The notes under the pieces: model-generated
What the model saw: only the letters and a program-made list of their open reading frames with translations
Told to the model about the DNA's origin: nothing
Databases searched by the model: none
Shown here: positions 37,163-50,300 of the stretch, one piece after another
Layout: every line of letters starts with the position of its first letter
Numbering within the stretch: the stretch's first letter is position 1
Made by a program: the position numbers and the translations under genes
Assembly: GCA_050084515.1 (NCBI GenBank)
Contig: CM114271.1
Coordinates: 29,512,001 to 29,576,000, forward strand
DNA: 64,000 nucleotides
Direction: 5' to 3'
Origin: Blasia pusilla
Taxonomy: Eukaryota

Positions 37163-38113
37163 TGCCTTCTTAAAGGGGTGTGTAGTTCCCATCACAACTC
37201 ACTTTGTTCACAACCTCTAATAGAGGCTTGGTTTCTTTTACATTTTGACCACTTTTAAGTTTTTCATAGAGGGGTAGCCCAAAGTCGTATGCAACGCGAA
37301 AGCAGTCATTGCAAATGACGATGTTGCTGTGTGAATAGCAAACATTTGCTTTCCGGGACAAAATTTGAACCAAAACTTCTAAAAAAATTCTAAGATTTTC
37401 CAAAATAAGATGAACCCCGGTTCGCTTGGCGGCACCTTGTTAAATGTGTCCCACTTTGAACAACAATCATGATCCGGAGCGCACGGTTCCGAAAACTTTT
37501 ACTCGGAGTGTAAGGTAAACGTACCTTTAGTGGATTCCGGCGGCAGGTCCTCCGCTTGTTGATGCAGTTTAGAAACCACGTTTAAAGTCGCGCCCCTTCT
37601 TCCAAAAAATATTCGCTTTCCTCATCGGAAAGAAAAAATATCGAGTTGAAGGGATGATAGAGCCGCGGCGTTTCACTCTTTTCAACTGCTTTCAAGTTCT
37701 GTATAAGAATGAAATGGGAATTATGATGGAAGAAAGTTGGCGTATAGATATGCAGGTCTATGTGGTCCTGACAGGTGTAACATGCGAAAGCTTGAACTTT
37801 ATCTTTTTCAATCGCCACATGGCTCTGACCCTTTGGTGACTCTAACATGGGTAATTTTGGCCGTTTGCAAAATTTCCCATATTTTTCATAAGTCAACGGG
37901 GATGTATAAAACAGTTTCTAGTGATCATCTAACTATGTTGCCGGTTTCATCGTCATCCATTTGGAATTTGGGTTGGGAGACAAATAATGTTAGCACCTCT
38001 CAGCTTTCATTTTTAGTACAATGTAGAAAATTGACACGCATGTAGAAAATTGACATGCCCAACCTTTTAATGTTCGATTTATCATTAGACAATGTTCCAC
38101 TATTTGAGAGATA

Positions 38114-38143
38114 CTAGCAAGAATGCCCGTGCTATGTATAGGT
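38114..38143 (-). mobile_element. Helitron 3' terminus (minus strand)
   Basis: The plus strand reads a|CTAGcaagaatgcccgtgctatgtatagg, i.e. the reverse of a hairpin plus CTAG-T, with transition decay of one arm. Confidence 0.65.
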
Positions 38144-38519
38144 GTAAAATGAACATGATTTTAATCTAAGTATTCTTGTCGATTGCCAACCCTCTTCCGG
38201 CGCTATGAAACCGGCAACATAGTTAGATGATCACACTTCTTATAGAATTTCTTTTTTGCCGGTTTCATTGTCATAAGAAGTGTGAGCTTCTTTTTTCTTA
38301 CCCTCTACTTATAATAACCCCCATGTGTTTGCTTAATAGTATAGATATGGATAAGTGGACTTTTCCCATCGATGGTTGTCCTACGCTTATGCTTCTTTTC
38401 AAAGATTTTCTCCTCTCTTTCCATTTTATCACTCTCCAAATATCTATTTCATGCTTAGGCCTTTTGTAGCCATCACATCCATGAGTTATCCAATTTTGTT
38501 ATTATGTGTTGTTGTTATT

Positions 38520-38527
38520 TATATATA

Positions 38528-38588
<61 letters not shown>
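38520..38588. repeat. (TA)n microsatellite, one interruption
   Basis: Direct reading. Confidence 0.97.
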
Positions 38589-38592
<4 letters not shown>

Positions 38593-40159
38593 TTCCATTG
38601 TGTTTTCTTCATTTCACATAAGTCTTCCAAAGCTATTTCTATTCCGTATACGTTACTTTGTTAGAAATTATGTGTATTCCCTTATTCCTTCTTTTTCTTT
38701 CCTTTCACATAATGCATCTTAAATAAAAAGAAAAACATGGTAGTGATCATATGCGGTTCTAGTGGTAGAGAATAAAACCAAACATTCTATTATATGAGCC
38801 ATCTGTCCTTGGCTTTTTGCAAGTCCAATTTAGAGGATACTTATAAGATTAATTATTTGATTTGATTTGGACTCCTTTGTTGGTTGTAAGATTTAACTAA
38901 GTCTCTTGTTAGTAAAAATAACTAGTTTAATGGTTGAAAAAATCCTTACATCCTTAAAAATCTCATGAAGAAATTTTTAAGTTTAAAAATAATATTTCTT
39001 TGAGAAATTTCATAATGATAAAATTTGCAAGAATAATTATAACTTTGTAAGTGCGTATAAGTGACAAGATTGAGTTTAGATTTTGAAAAATGAATTTATG
39101 GTATCTATAGAGTGTTTTACATTCCTTAACCCTTACTACATAATAGTAGTGTCTAGTCATGGGTTTTTTACAAAGTAATTTTGGATAGGTCGTCATAGGT
39201 GTTGTACATGAAAGGTATTTCATTTGCTTTACGTGTAAAATTTCACGTGTCAATATTCAAAATTGATCACTCTATATTTGGTTGATTAAATTTAGAAAAA
39301 AATATTTCGTGAAACCAATTTAAAGGACACAAAAACTAGTGTTTAGTGATTCAAAAGCTTGAACATGATCCTTTTAGTCATGCAGTCGGAGAAAACTTTG
39401 TCAACAACACTATTAGGTCATAATTTCTTAAAATAATGTTTAATATTACTAAAGTTGTAGAGCATATGTGGATTGCTCATTGTCTTAACGAGATTATGGA
39501 TGGTTAGAAATTGAGAATACTACTTCAGTTCATCTTTCCGTTTGATGTTTATTGCTAGATTTTTGTTACCAATCTCCAATTCCACATTTTGGTGAAGGCA
39601 TGGTAATGCATTCAGAATTTGAGTCATTTGACTCTATTATGAGTCGAGAAGAGAATCTCAGGTATCATATCTCCTAGTCTCTCATCCTATTCTAAGAATT
39701 GTGAAAATTTGTCTTCTTTCTTCATGTGAAAGTTTCCTCACTACATTTTTGAATTTCATAAACCTTAAGGTATAGAAGATTATCAAGGATTTGAGCTTAT
39801 AAAGCTATTATCACTTCTAAGTCTGAAATTGGAATTGTGAACTATGTTTGGAATTCTAGTGAAACTCTCTAAATTTGTGATAAGCTCAATGTTACATCCA
39901 CTTTAAGAGGTGTTACTTCATAAGTTCATCTAGTAACATGAATAAGAAAATAATTATCAACGATAGAACTTGGTGAAACTTTTGCGTCTTTCTCATAACC
40001 TTTGGCGTAGTGAGGTCCTTATTGTTCTTCAACACATGTGCTTGAAATAACTTACAGTTATTCTTTGTTCGTGCTAAGAATGAACTCTACATGTTTCCTT
40101 TCACCGTCACATCCTCCAACAATCTTGCATTGAGATGTGAATGAACACTGGAATGTGAA

Positions 40160-40513
40160 TGAATACTTGAAAGTCAGTCTTTAAATAATGCTTGCATCAT
40201 GTTAATTCCCCAATGTTACCACTATACTAGAGCAAGATTTTGGGGTAACTTATTAGAATGAAAATCCATGTCCAAGGCCACTATACCACTCTTGTAAATT
40301 AGAGGAAGGAATTCTTGTAAAACTATGTAACGATCCTCGTTAGAGTGTGAAAATCAGTGGTTAAATAATACTTGCATCATTTTCAGTCCCCAAGGCCACC
40401 CCTCAATAGGGAAATATTTTGGGGAAACATATCACAATGAAAATCCATGTTTGAGGCAACTATACCACTCTCGCAAGTGCGAGGAAGGAATTCTTATAAA
40501 AATACATAATGAT
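40160..40513. repeat. Degenerate 2 x ~180 bp tandem duplication
   Basis: Blocks ttaaataat.cttgcatcat, ttttgggg, gaaaatccatgt, ctataccactc and gaggaaggaattctt each occur twice about 179-180 bp apart. Confidence 0.8.
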
Positions 40514-41531
40514 TTTTATATAATGTGGCATCTATTTGATGCGGCCAGCTTCACTTCATGTAACATACACGAGAGGAGCGGATTTGAATTTTAAATTTTA
40601 AATATTTGTTTTAAAAGAAATTTATGTACATCCCATCCCGAATTACGGGTTTTTAAATCACCCTTTACAAAACACGTCCAAGGTGACACGGGAAGAAAAG
40701 CCCTTTTGAAAAATCTGCTGTTCCAAAAACATTTTGCAAGTAACACAAATTCGTTCTAGACATGACACGTTGAAATCTTCGATTGATTCTCAGTAGATCA
40801 AGAATGGTCCTCCGAGAATATTACAGAGTAATTTTTATATAGACCCTAATTTATATTAAAGTGATGCATTGTTTCAGGATAATGTCATATCCCCCTCAGA
40901 AAAATTTTTTTCTATGTTATCTCTGAGACTTATGTTATCGTGAATGTTCTTTTGATCTATTAAACGTTTTCCGGGTATTTTTCTTTCAGTTATTGTGAAG
41001 TGCAAATGTATTTTAAATCCATAGGACTTTTTTTTCTAAAAATAATTCACGTGATATAATTCCTTCGTCATCAAACACGTAAAATGAAAGGACCGAAGAG
41101 GGAAAAAGGGACATGCTTTTGGGTGGCAACGGTGCACGGAGAGCGAGATCTCCATATTCCCCGGAGCGGGAAACATGATAAGGTAATTGTTTCGGAATAA
41201 GCTGTGAAAGGTCTATGTTCGTTTTCATGTTCGCATGACCTCTACTTGTATGCCTTCCCTTTGTCTTATTTCTGTGCGGGTATGGCATATTTTATTTGAA
41301 ACCTTCCCTTTTTGTTTTTCTCTTAACCTTTGACCATCCCACGCTACTTGTTCCCTGCTCGATCCGCTTGGAGGATCACCGTGTTAGGCATGGGACGGCT
41401 GAAGTCTACCACCGCCAGATCGTCCCCTAATTTGGGTACGATCTCATGATTCCTCACGAACACACCAGACAGTACTCATATGGTAGAAAAGCCTGAAGTC
41501 AGATCGAGAAGGGTTGAAACCTCCCCAGAAT

Positions 41532-41757
41532 CAATCCGGGGTTACGAGTAATCGTAGCCGGCTAAAATCAAAATTCCCGATTCAATCCAAACTCGTCGGA
41601 AGAAAACTGGCAGGTTTAGGGGGGATTTCTTTGTAAACGTATCTGAAAAGCCGGTTGGAAATCTAAATTTACCGGTCCGGGCTCTGGAACACCGGTTTCT
41701 GTACCGGTTTCTGTAGATTTCTGTACCGGTTCTCGTGGAAAAACTCCCCGGACTATG
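41532..41757. mobile_element. hAT-type MITE (226 bp), copy 2
   Basis: 8-bp TSD CCCAGAAT at 41524-41531 and 41758-41765. Ends caatccgggg / ctccccggactatg. Homologous to 4256-4481. Confidence 0.75.
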
Positions 41758-43949
41758 CCCAGAATCAACGAGGGAGAGTAGAGACTCTCCGCGCACCAAC
41801 TTACCAAGCACTCGCACTGGATTGTCCCCTTACTTCCTTGCACGGATATTTGGTTGGGCGTGCCGGGGCGATCATGAAACGTCTTTGGCCACGGGCCAGG
41901 ATACCGTATACCATAGTACCGTACCACTCCTGCCAACCTAGACAACAAGCCACCCCGACTGTCGCGCATCCCGTTAGAAACTACGAGGGAGTAATCTTTG
42001 ATACGTACTCGCGGGAATCTATGCAAAGCATCCGGCACGATGCAGCCCGTCAGCAAGGGTGGGAGGGGGGGCAGGCCGCACGTCAGACCATCCATACTGT
42101 TCAATCAAAAAGTGGATTGATACGCCGTCATATTCGTGGGAATCGATGCGTGGCATGCGGCACGATATACCCCGTGTTACTCGTCAGCCTGGACCGAACG
42201 GGAAACACGTAGAGGCCTACACGAAGAGGCAGACAGGAAACGAGTGCCACGTGTCTTTCTTTTCTGCCAATTCTCATTTTTTTCTAGCATAGAGGGGTTG
42301 AACCATGGACACTGCAATCCAGCATAGATCCAATTTTTGCCTTCCCACTGTTCAACGATTCATGGGCGTGCGACACAATATTTGCAGGTTGGGCACATAT
42401 TGTGTCGCATCGCCCATGTGTATGGACAATCTAGTCATGGTCCTTTTTTTTGGGAATGTGGAGCCGGATCCAAAGTCTCATTAGTTGGGCAACGGTTCAT
42501 GGAGAACTCTTTTCGTCCTGATTATTTATTTTTTCAATTTTTCGTTAATTAAAAACGTTGGGCCAATTTGGGCCCAAAACTTTTGGGCACATAAAAATCG
42601 ATGATCTTATATGGTCACCTCGATCCTACGCGCTTGGGATCAAGCCCCGAGAGATGTAATCTATATTATTAGTGAAGAACAATGTACATCACCTCGCGAC
42701 TCTCACCACTATGAGTTTGTTGTTCACATCTCTGAGGGTCATGGGATATTTCTTAAGGTCATTGAGTAGTCGGTTTTGGGGGTCAATCTAGTCATTTGAT
42801 CATTCTAGAGTAACTAGTGTGGCGGCCCATATGGGTATATTAGCTTGCAATAGTGGGGAGAGCATTAAGAGACAATCATCACTCAATGATCTCTGTTGGT
42901 GATTTTTCTACTCCATAAGTAAGATGCTCATGCAATGCACAAGTAAAAAAAAATGTTTTTTATCTAAGAATATTTTTTAATACTATATTACAAGTGTAGT
43001 CACTTTTTTTTTTTTTATGGTGTATCATTTCCTATCGTCATATGGATGGAGCTCTTTTGGACTACTCTAGATAATGCAACATATAATTGACTGTGAGAAA
43101 ATACAAGAAAAGGTAAGTAAATCCCAACCTTTTGCAACACTTGGCATTAAGACTTATTAATAGTCATGGAAAAATCTAGACAAATGGGGACTTGAAATCT
43201 ATGTAGAGAAAAAGATAAACGAGAATCAGATGAGATACGCGGAAAAAAATTCGATCCCTAATATTTTTCTATGTGGTAATTTTGGTGTTGATCAAATGGT
43301 GTAAAAATCCAAGAATTACCAATCGAGTACCATTTGCTTTTCCCTTTGAGCCATTCATATTTCGTAAAAGTATGATCGGCGTACCAATTTTCAAACACAT
43401 AAATGCGTAGGTAGGCCAAAAGATACATATGTGTAAAGGGATTCTCTGGGATATATATGACTCATTCCTTTTTTTCGCAACATAGTCATCACCAAGATAA
43501 ATATGTTCATGTAGACAAAATGAAAAATATGTAAGACGATGCTTTCAACATGTATGCTTGTAAAAAATATTTGACATGATAGGAAGGGATATTAGTATTG
43601 CCTCTCCGAGACATCTCGACATGACTTCACTGTTTATATCATCAACATCTCTGTTTCTTGATTGTAAAAGAGCCATATCTCTCAAGATTCAAGTTGATTT
43701 CTTGAAGTCAGTGAGGATCATTTCCATTAATGACATCAATAAGATTGTTGATCTTCAGACTTTTAGTTATAATTTCAGGTGGTAATTGACCCTTGACCCT
43801 TCCTTGATCCTAAAAGTAATTATGCACTTCCAATATTTCCATATTAATTGTGGAAGCATGAGCGGGAAGATTAGGGATTCTAGTTTTCTGCAATAAGGAA
43901 GTCGAGATGATGTTAGGCTAATGTTTATGTAGAAAATTTATAAATGTCT

Positions 43950-45760
43950 AAAGATACAATGACGAATAAGAATAAGAATACAAATGACGTTGTTCATGTA
44001 ACGGATCTTCTATGAAGGGAGTGAGAAATTGAGTCCATAGTGTAGCAGGTTGTGCATGTGTGTTATAAGCTAAAATAATTGCAAATAGTCGGCGTAGTGA
44101 AGATCCTATGTGGATGTGGGAAACCTCTTCAAAGCAAGAGAAGGCTTATCTATCATCTTCTAGAAGTCCCATTTGGATAGTTATCTCATTAAATTTTTCA
44201 TACAATACTCTATCCATAGTTCTTAAATAATCATATGTAGTTGCTCGTCGAGCATGATGATTCAGAAGCAGTAATCTCAATCAATGACTTTCATCTACGC
44301 CTATGAAGTTTGTTACCTCATGACATTATTACAATATCGTTGATTAAAAGTAAAGACTGCATAAGGATTAAATATTTACCTAGATGTTTAAGGTATAAGT
44401 GGCCAATAGGATGTCCACAACCATTTCTTCCCAGTTTTTTAAAGCCAGTTTTTATTACTCAAAAAATCATAACAAGGAAAGTCAATGTATAAATTCGCTC
44501 AAGCAATAGCATCTAACCTATTAGTTTCAAACCATTGTGTGAGAGTAGTCTCTCTATTCTTTTGTAAAACATTCTCCAGTGTATCATTATCGTTGAAATA
44601 AACAAATTCTTCTTTTTGTAGGTGAACTATCAATCTCACAATCCTTGAATGTTTTGCAAGCAAAGTAAACTTGAAGAGTCGCCAACATGCCTTGAAGAAG
44701 AGATATATCTAGAAAGAAAAAAATGAATGATTGAAGATGGATAAATTTTAGATATATACATGCATACATTTGATGAAAAGAAGTTGTTAACAAAGAAGAT
44801 AACAACCTACATCATCGAGGAATATATGACATCAAGATATGAGGTTGTCTCATCTATATCTTCATTGTTGTCAATGTATCTATGTCTTTTGAAAATGTGA
44901 ATGATACCGCATCAGATCCCATATAAAAATATTTCTTTAAGTATTTGATAATAGAAATTATGCTTATAATCTCCAAGTTTATATGCAAATAAATAATATA
45001 CACAACATAGGATTACATGGTAGGACCAATTGATTATCCAATGAATGCTCATGTTTCTTCACAATCTTCCCATTGTCCTATCTACAAAAGAAGATAAGAA
45101 GAATTGAGGGCATGTATATCATTTCAAAACCATTTGAAAGAAATATGAACAAAAGTCAATGATATCAAATTCCATACCTTCAATAAATGGGATAACCATC
45201 CTCAATCTCTGTAGTGCTTGCATCAAACGACTTAGGAATCCTTTTGTACCTTTTTTTTCCTTATTCATATATGGTGCATTTGGATTCAATTTTCTATATG
45301 GATCATAAAGCATGTAATTTTCTATGGGCTAATAAAGTTTTGGATGGAAGTTTTGATCAGTGATCTTAGCAAATATTCTATCGTCATAATCAAATATTGG
45401 TACCCGGTTTACTCTCATGGTCCAAAATAATCAAATATGCATATGTGGTAAGCTTCTCTTATGGAACTCCACCATATGAATGTATTGTACGAATACTTTC
45501 TTCTTTATGATATGAATTTGCAATAATTCTTTTTTTTTTCTCCATAAAACTCGCACTTTCAAATTAGGTTGATCTGCAACTGGTGGGCTACGTAATAATG
45601 AAAATGTAATCTCTTCCTATTTAGGATTGTAAGTGATAGTTAGGAAATAAGTGGATTTTCCCAATTTTCTCGCAATGGCCATTGTATCTTGATATAGTTA
45701 ATGCAAGTGACAAGGAACTCCACTAAAAGAAGATGGTAACACGATGCGCTCTCGTACCTT
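43950..45760 (-). pseudogene. Helitron Rep/Helicase gene remnant (HUH Rep region)
   Basis: Manual translation in order: RIVLPSSFSG...LYQDTMAIARKLGKSTYFLTITYNPK* (motif 1), HMVEFHKRSLPHMHI (HUH motif 2), MLYDPYRKLNPNAPYM, DNQLVLPCNPML, IKYLKKYFYMG (motif 3), YDYLRTMD, LRRLFAIIL. Confidence 0.88.
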
Positions 45761-47039
45761 ATACCCTCTAAGCCTACAGCAATCCAGTGCGAGCTTGATG
45801 TGGGTGATAAAATAGGTACAAGATGGTCGAGCCTAAGTCTACGTTATGAGCGAGGTGGGCTCATGTTCTCACGATTTAGGGTATGCTTGACGTGCTCACT
45901 AAATTTGGCTTCCATGACTAGATGTGACTACTTGCTCGATAGGTTTATGGTTGGAGGCTAGAGGCTAGAGCTTTGCAATGGGTTTATGGTTGGAGCTTTT
46001 CTGCTAGACTCTTAGAGGTTCGAGCTTTGCTCTTGTTGACACGCTTAATTTTTGGCCACGTTACGTTAGGATAGCTTAGATTAGGTTAATAAAATATTGG
46101 GGGCATTGGGGATAACTTAGGGGATGGGTTCAAAATTTTTATTCTTAATTTCTTATTTATTTAATATATTTACTTCTAAAAAAAAGACCTCAAGACGTGC
46201 ATAAGGCCCAATTAGGCCTACCATGTGGGTCTATTGCGGGCTCATAGCCTACACACCCGTTGAACCACTCATGCCCTACCAAGCCCACACCTGTTCCCAC
46301 GTCTGAAGCCGGTGTGAGCTATGGGGATGCCAAGAAACCCAAGTGGGGAACCCGTTGGGCATGTTTATACTTGTCTATTTCCATGGAACCTTGCCAAGTT
46401 GCGCATGGTCGTGTTGAACACATCTTTCATTGTGTGTTCTCTAAGGTTGCTAGGTGGCGGGGATGAACATTCACTTTGCAATCTTTAGTGTAGGGTGGGT
46501 AGGGAAAATTTTGATCAAATTACTTAGAATCTTGATCGCACCTAGATCTGCAGGTGATTCTTGCTCCTTATTAACCCTTTTTCTAATGCGTTGGAAACTA
46601 TTGATAATCGTTTCTATATATTCCCCAGGCGAGGTAGGAAAGGGATTTGCAATGTAAACTACATTATTGAGTGTTGTGAGAAAATAGAATGTGATGAAAT
46701 CACAAAAATATGTTAGAACTCTTGAAGCTACAAAGTGGCCTAATCCATGCATGTGCTTATAGAGGGGCTTTGATGGAACTTGAACATGGAGATAATTTGA
46801 CAGATAAAAATGCACCATCGTTGTGGCTTCCTCATCATTGATGACTTGGGAAAGCAGTGTTTTTTTATCTATTTTATTTATTATCTAACCCTATATTGTA
46901 TCGGGATGCCCCACAACCTAATGCAATACCCCCTTTCTAAATGACTGCACATCTACAAAACCCCCCTTTGAATGATTATACTATTTTAAAATCCCCCTTG
47001 GATAACTCAAAATAAAAACTTGAATTTACTTGGTCCAAA

Positions 47040-47200
47040 TTCGACTTCAGTTTCTACAAAAGCAATCCCAAAGGTGTAGTAGTTGAAGGGCTTGCCTTTT
47101 CCAACATCCCAATAAAAACCAATGTTGGGAATCGTGTAGAATCCAAGGTCTGAAATGTCTATCCTTTCCATGTAACTTGCACTCACCACGTGCAACATTG
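47040..47200 (-). pseudogene. XDH: Xanthine dehydrogenase fragment (C-terminal Mo-cofactor-binding region)
   Basis: SASYMERIDISDLGFYTIPNIGFYWDVGKGKPFNYYTFGIAFVETEVE closely follows the plant XDH pattern RIDLSAHGFY..P.IGFDW..GKG..F.YFTYGAAFAEVEID. Confidence 0.85.
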
Positions 47201-47390
47201 GAGAAGTGTAGCCAAACAACAAGTCATAACTATTATGTCCTCTACATCTCTGATTAAAGAATTTTTCAAGAGGTATATGAAGTGAATCTAAAATTGAAAA
47301 CTTATAAGGTTCCCTTTGAATATACCCCATCAAAACACGCTTGGGGCATCTTTTTTGATGTGGGTTTCATGCGAGATTTTATCTATTTGC

Positions 47391-50300
47391 TATGGAAAAC
47401 TGCTAAACAAGCATAACTGGTGAAAAACGGCTCTCACACACACACACCACCATGGAGAATGAAATTTGCAATGAGAGAATGAGTGGAGGCTGGTCCTCTT
47501 CTCAATCATATAGGGTATGTACAAGAAACCCTAACCTTATCCTTAACCATAGTCTCGAGTTAGACTAATTGTGATTAACTAACCCTAGTTAAGATAATCG
47601 CGCTTAACTGACTAACCAAGATTAAGCTTCCCTACTTCGTCTGAGTGCCAAATGTAGCAGTTCAGGTGTCTCATGAGCTTGACTGTAACTCAATCTTCAA
47701 TACTCCCCCTCAAGCTCATATCGATATCTCTAACGCCTAAATCCTTTCTAAACATCTCAAACTTATCTCTAGATAATGCCTTTGTAAAGATGTCAGCAAT
47801 TTGATGATCTGTACCTATATACACAAAATCAATTTCTCCCGCAAGCACTTTCTCTCTGATAAAATGATAGTGCACCTCAACATGCTTTGTATGAGCATGA
47901 AACACATGGTTATTAGCAAGCTTGATGCTACTAATATTGTCTACATATATTACACTAGGTCCTAAGTTACTAACACCAATCTCAACAAGTAATCGATGAA
48001 GCCACACCGCCTCACATGCTGCATTGGTTGCTCCTCTGTACTCAGCCTTTGTTGAAGATAAAGCAATCGTAGGTTGCTTCTTTGAAGCCCAACTTATAGC
48101 TGCGCTTCCCAAAGTAAATGAATAAGCGGATGTGGAGTGTCGATCAGACACGCTTCCTATCCAATCAGCATCTATGAATCCCTGTAATTGAAAACTCGGA
48201 GAAGGTTCAAATTGAAGCCCGAATTGAATAGAGAATTTCAAATATCCCATAATCCTCCTCACAACATCAAGGTGAGGTTTTCGAGGTGCTTGCATAAACT
48301 GGCTCACTAGGCCAACAACATAGCTCAAATCTGGTCTAGTTATAGTTAGATAGATCAAACTTCCAACCATGCCCCCGTACATATTAGAATCTGCAAGCAA
48401 CTCTCCTTCATCCACTCTTAGCTTCATGTTCTGGTCCAATGGTGTAGAGATTGGCTTACAAGACGTCATACCATATATTGAAAGCATATGAAGAGCATAT
48501 TATCGTTGTAGTAACCACATGCTCTCTCCAACCTTGATAAACTCAATACCAAGGAAGTACTTGAGTTCTCCCAAGTCCTTCATCTCAAATTCTGCTTGTA
48601 ACTTAAGCTTGACTTGTTGTACAATTTCTTTAGTACTCTCAATAATCAAGAGGTCGTCAACATACGACATAATGAGAACTGTATGATCTTGTCCTCTCAA
48701 GACATATAACGAGGAGTTAGAATCACATACCCTACAACCCAACTCTTGTAGGACGTATGTAATCTTGCCATACCAAGCTCTTGGAGCTTGTTTGAGCTCG
48801 TATAGAGCTTTCTTCAACCTGCATACGCGAAATGGAAACGTGGGATGCTCGTATCCATGTGGTTGAGTCATATCTATCTCCTCGTATAGATGTCCATTCA
48901 AGAAGCCATTCTTGACGTCTATGTGATTTAATCTCCACTTCTTACTTACTGCAACTGCAACCACTATTCTCGTAGTCGCCATCTTTGCAACACGGCTAAA
49001 TGTTTCCTCATAATCGATACCATATTTTTGTGCATAGCCCTTAGCCACCAATCTCGCTTTGTATCTGTTAATTGTACCATCTTGATTGCGCTTGACTTTT
49101 TAAACCCATTTGCAACCAATAGCTTCCTTACCGGAAGGTATATCAACCAACTCCCATGTTTGTTGACGTCTTAATGCAGCAAGCTCTTCCTCCATAGCTT
49201 CAATTCATTCGGCTTTACTCGCAGCTTCTTCAAAATAACTCGGCTCATGCTCTTGAAGGATAGTCATCACATAAGCATTATGTGTTGCAAAGAAACCTTC
49301 ATTTATGAATTTATGAACTCGATGTGTAACTCTACTTGATCTATGAAGTTATTGTTTAGAGATAGATGCCTTTGACACCCAACTCGAGCTCTGACTAGTG
49401 TCAACAGACTGAATATGTACTCTTCATGTCCATGGACTCACATATTTGACTGATGAATCTAGGGCCTCTCCTAATCCTGCACTAGTACTCGGAGAAGTTG
49501 AAGACAATATCTTTTGGTTTATAGTCATATTCTCCCCTACAACAGACAAGTTTAGAGATGGAATAGGCTCAGATGGAGCATACAATGACTTTAGCTCATC
49601 AAAGACAACATCCCGACTAAGAATAAGTTGCCTAGAGGATGGAATGTAGCACTTATATCCCTTAGTTCCATGAGTATCGCCAATGAAGATACATCTTTCA
49701 GACTTGGGGTCTAATTTCTGACGTCTCTCAAAAGGAACATGAGCATAACAAATACCAGAAAATACGTTCTGGAAGGAATAATCAGGTCTACTTCCTATGA
49801 AGACTTTGAATGGAGTTTTATCATGAACTCTTGCCGTTGGATTTCGGTTGATTAAGAAGATTGCACATGCTACAGCCTCTGCCCAATACACCTTAGGCAT
49901 GTTCTTCTCATTCAGCATAGCTTGTGCCGCTCCAATAATATGTCGAATTCTCCCTCTCAGCCACTCCATTTTTTTGTGGAGTGTAACGGCAAATCACTTG
50001 ACGTTGGATGCCATTCTGACGTAAATATTCATCAAACTCTGTTGAAAGATACGCTCCTCCTCCATCACAACGCAATTTCAGAATGTGTTGTTTAGTTTGC
50101 TTCTCTACTAGAACTCTGAATGTTTGGAATACTAAGAATACCTTTGACGTGGATTTCAAAAAGTATACTCATATATACCTAGAGAAGTCATCAATAAATG
50201 AAACAAAGTACTGGCAACCACTAAGGTTCTGTTGTGATGTTGTCCACACATCACTGTGGATCAACTCCAATATCTTGGATGCTCTTCTACCTTACTTTGG

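Noticed and set aside
38355-38722. ORFs with poly-IY tracts
   Set aside because: They are translations of the (TA)n microsatellite.
41616-42327. Cluster of overlapping ORFs in a GC-rich patch
   Set aside because: Stop-poor because of GC content and partly overlapping a MITE. No protein motifs.
42660-42820. Another possible mini-Helitron (atctatattattag start, ctag nearby)
   Set aside because: No convincing subterminal hairpin in the matching orientation.
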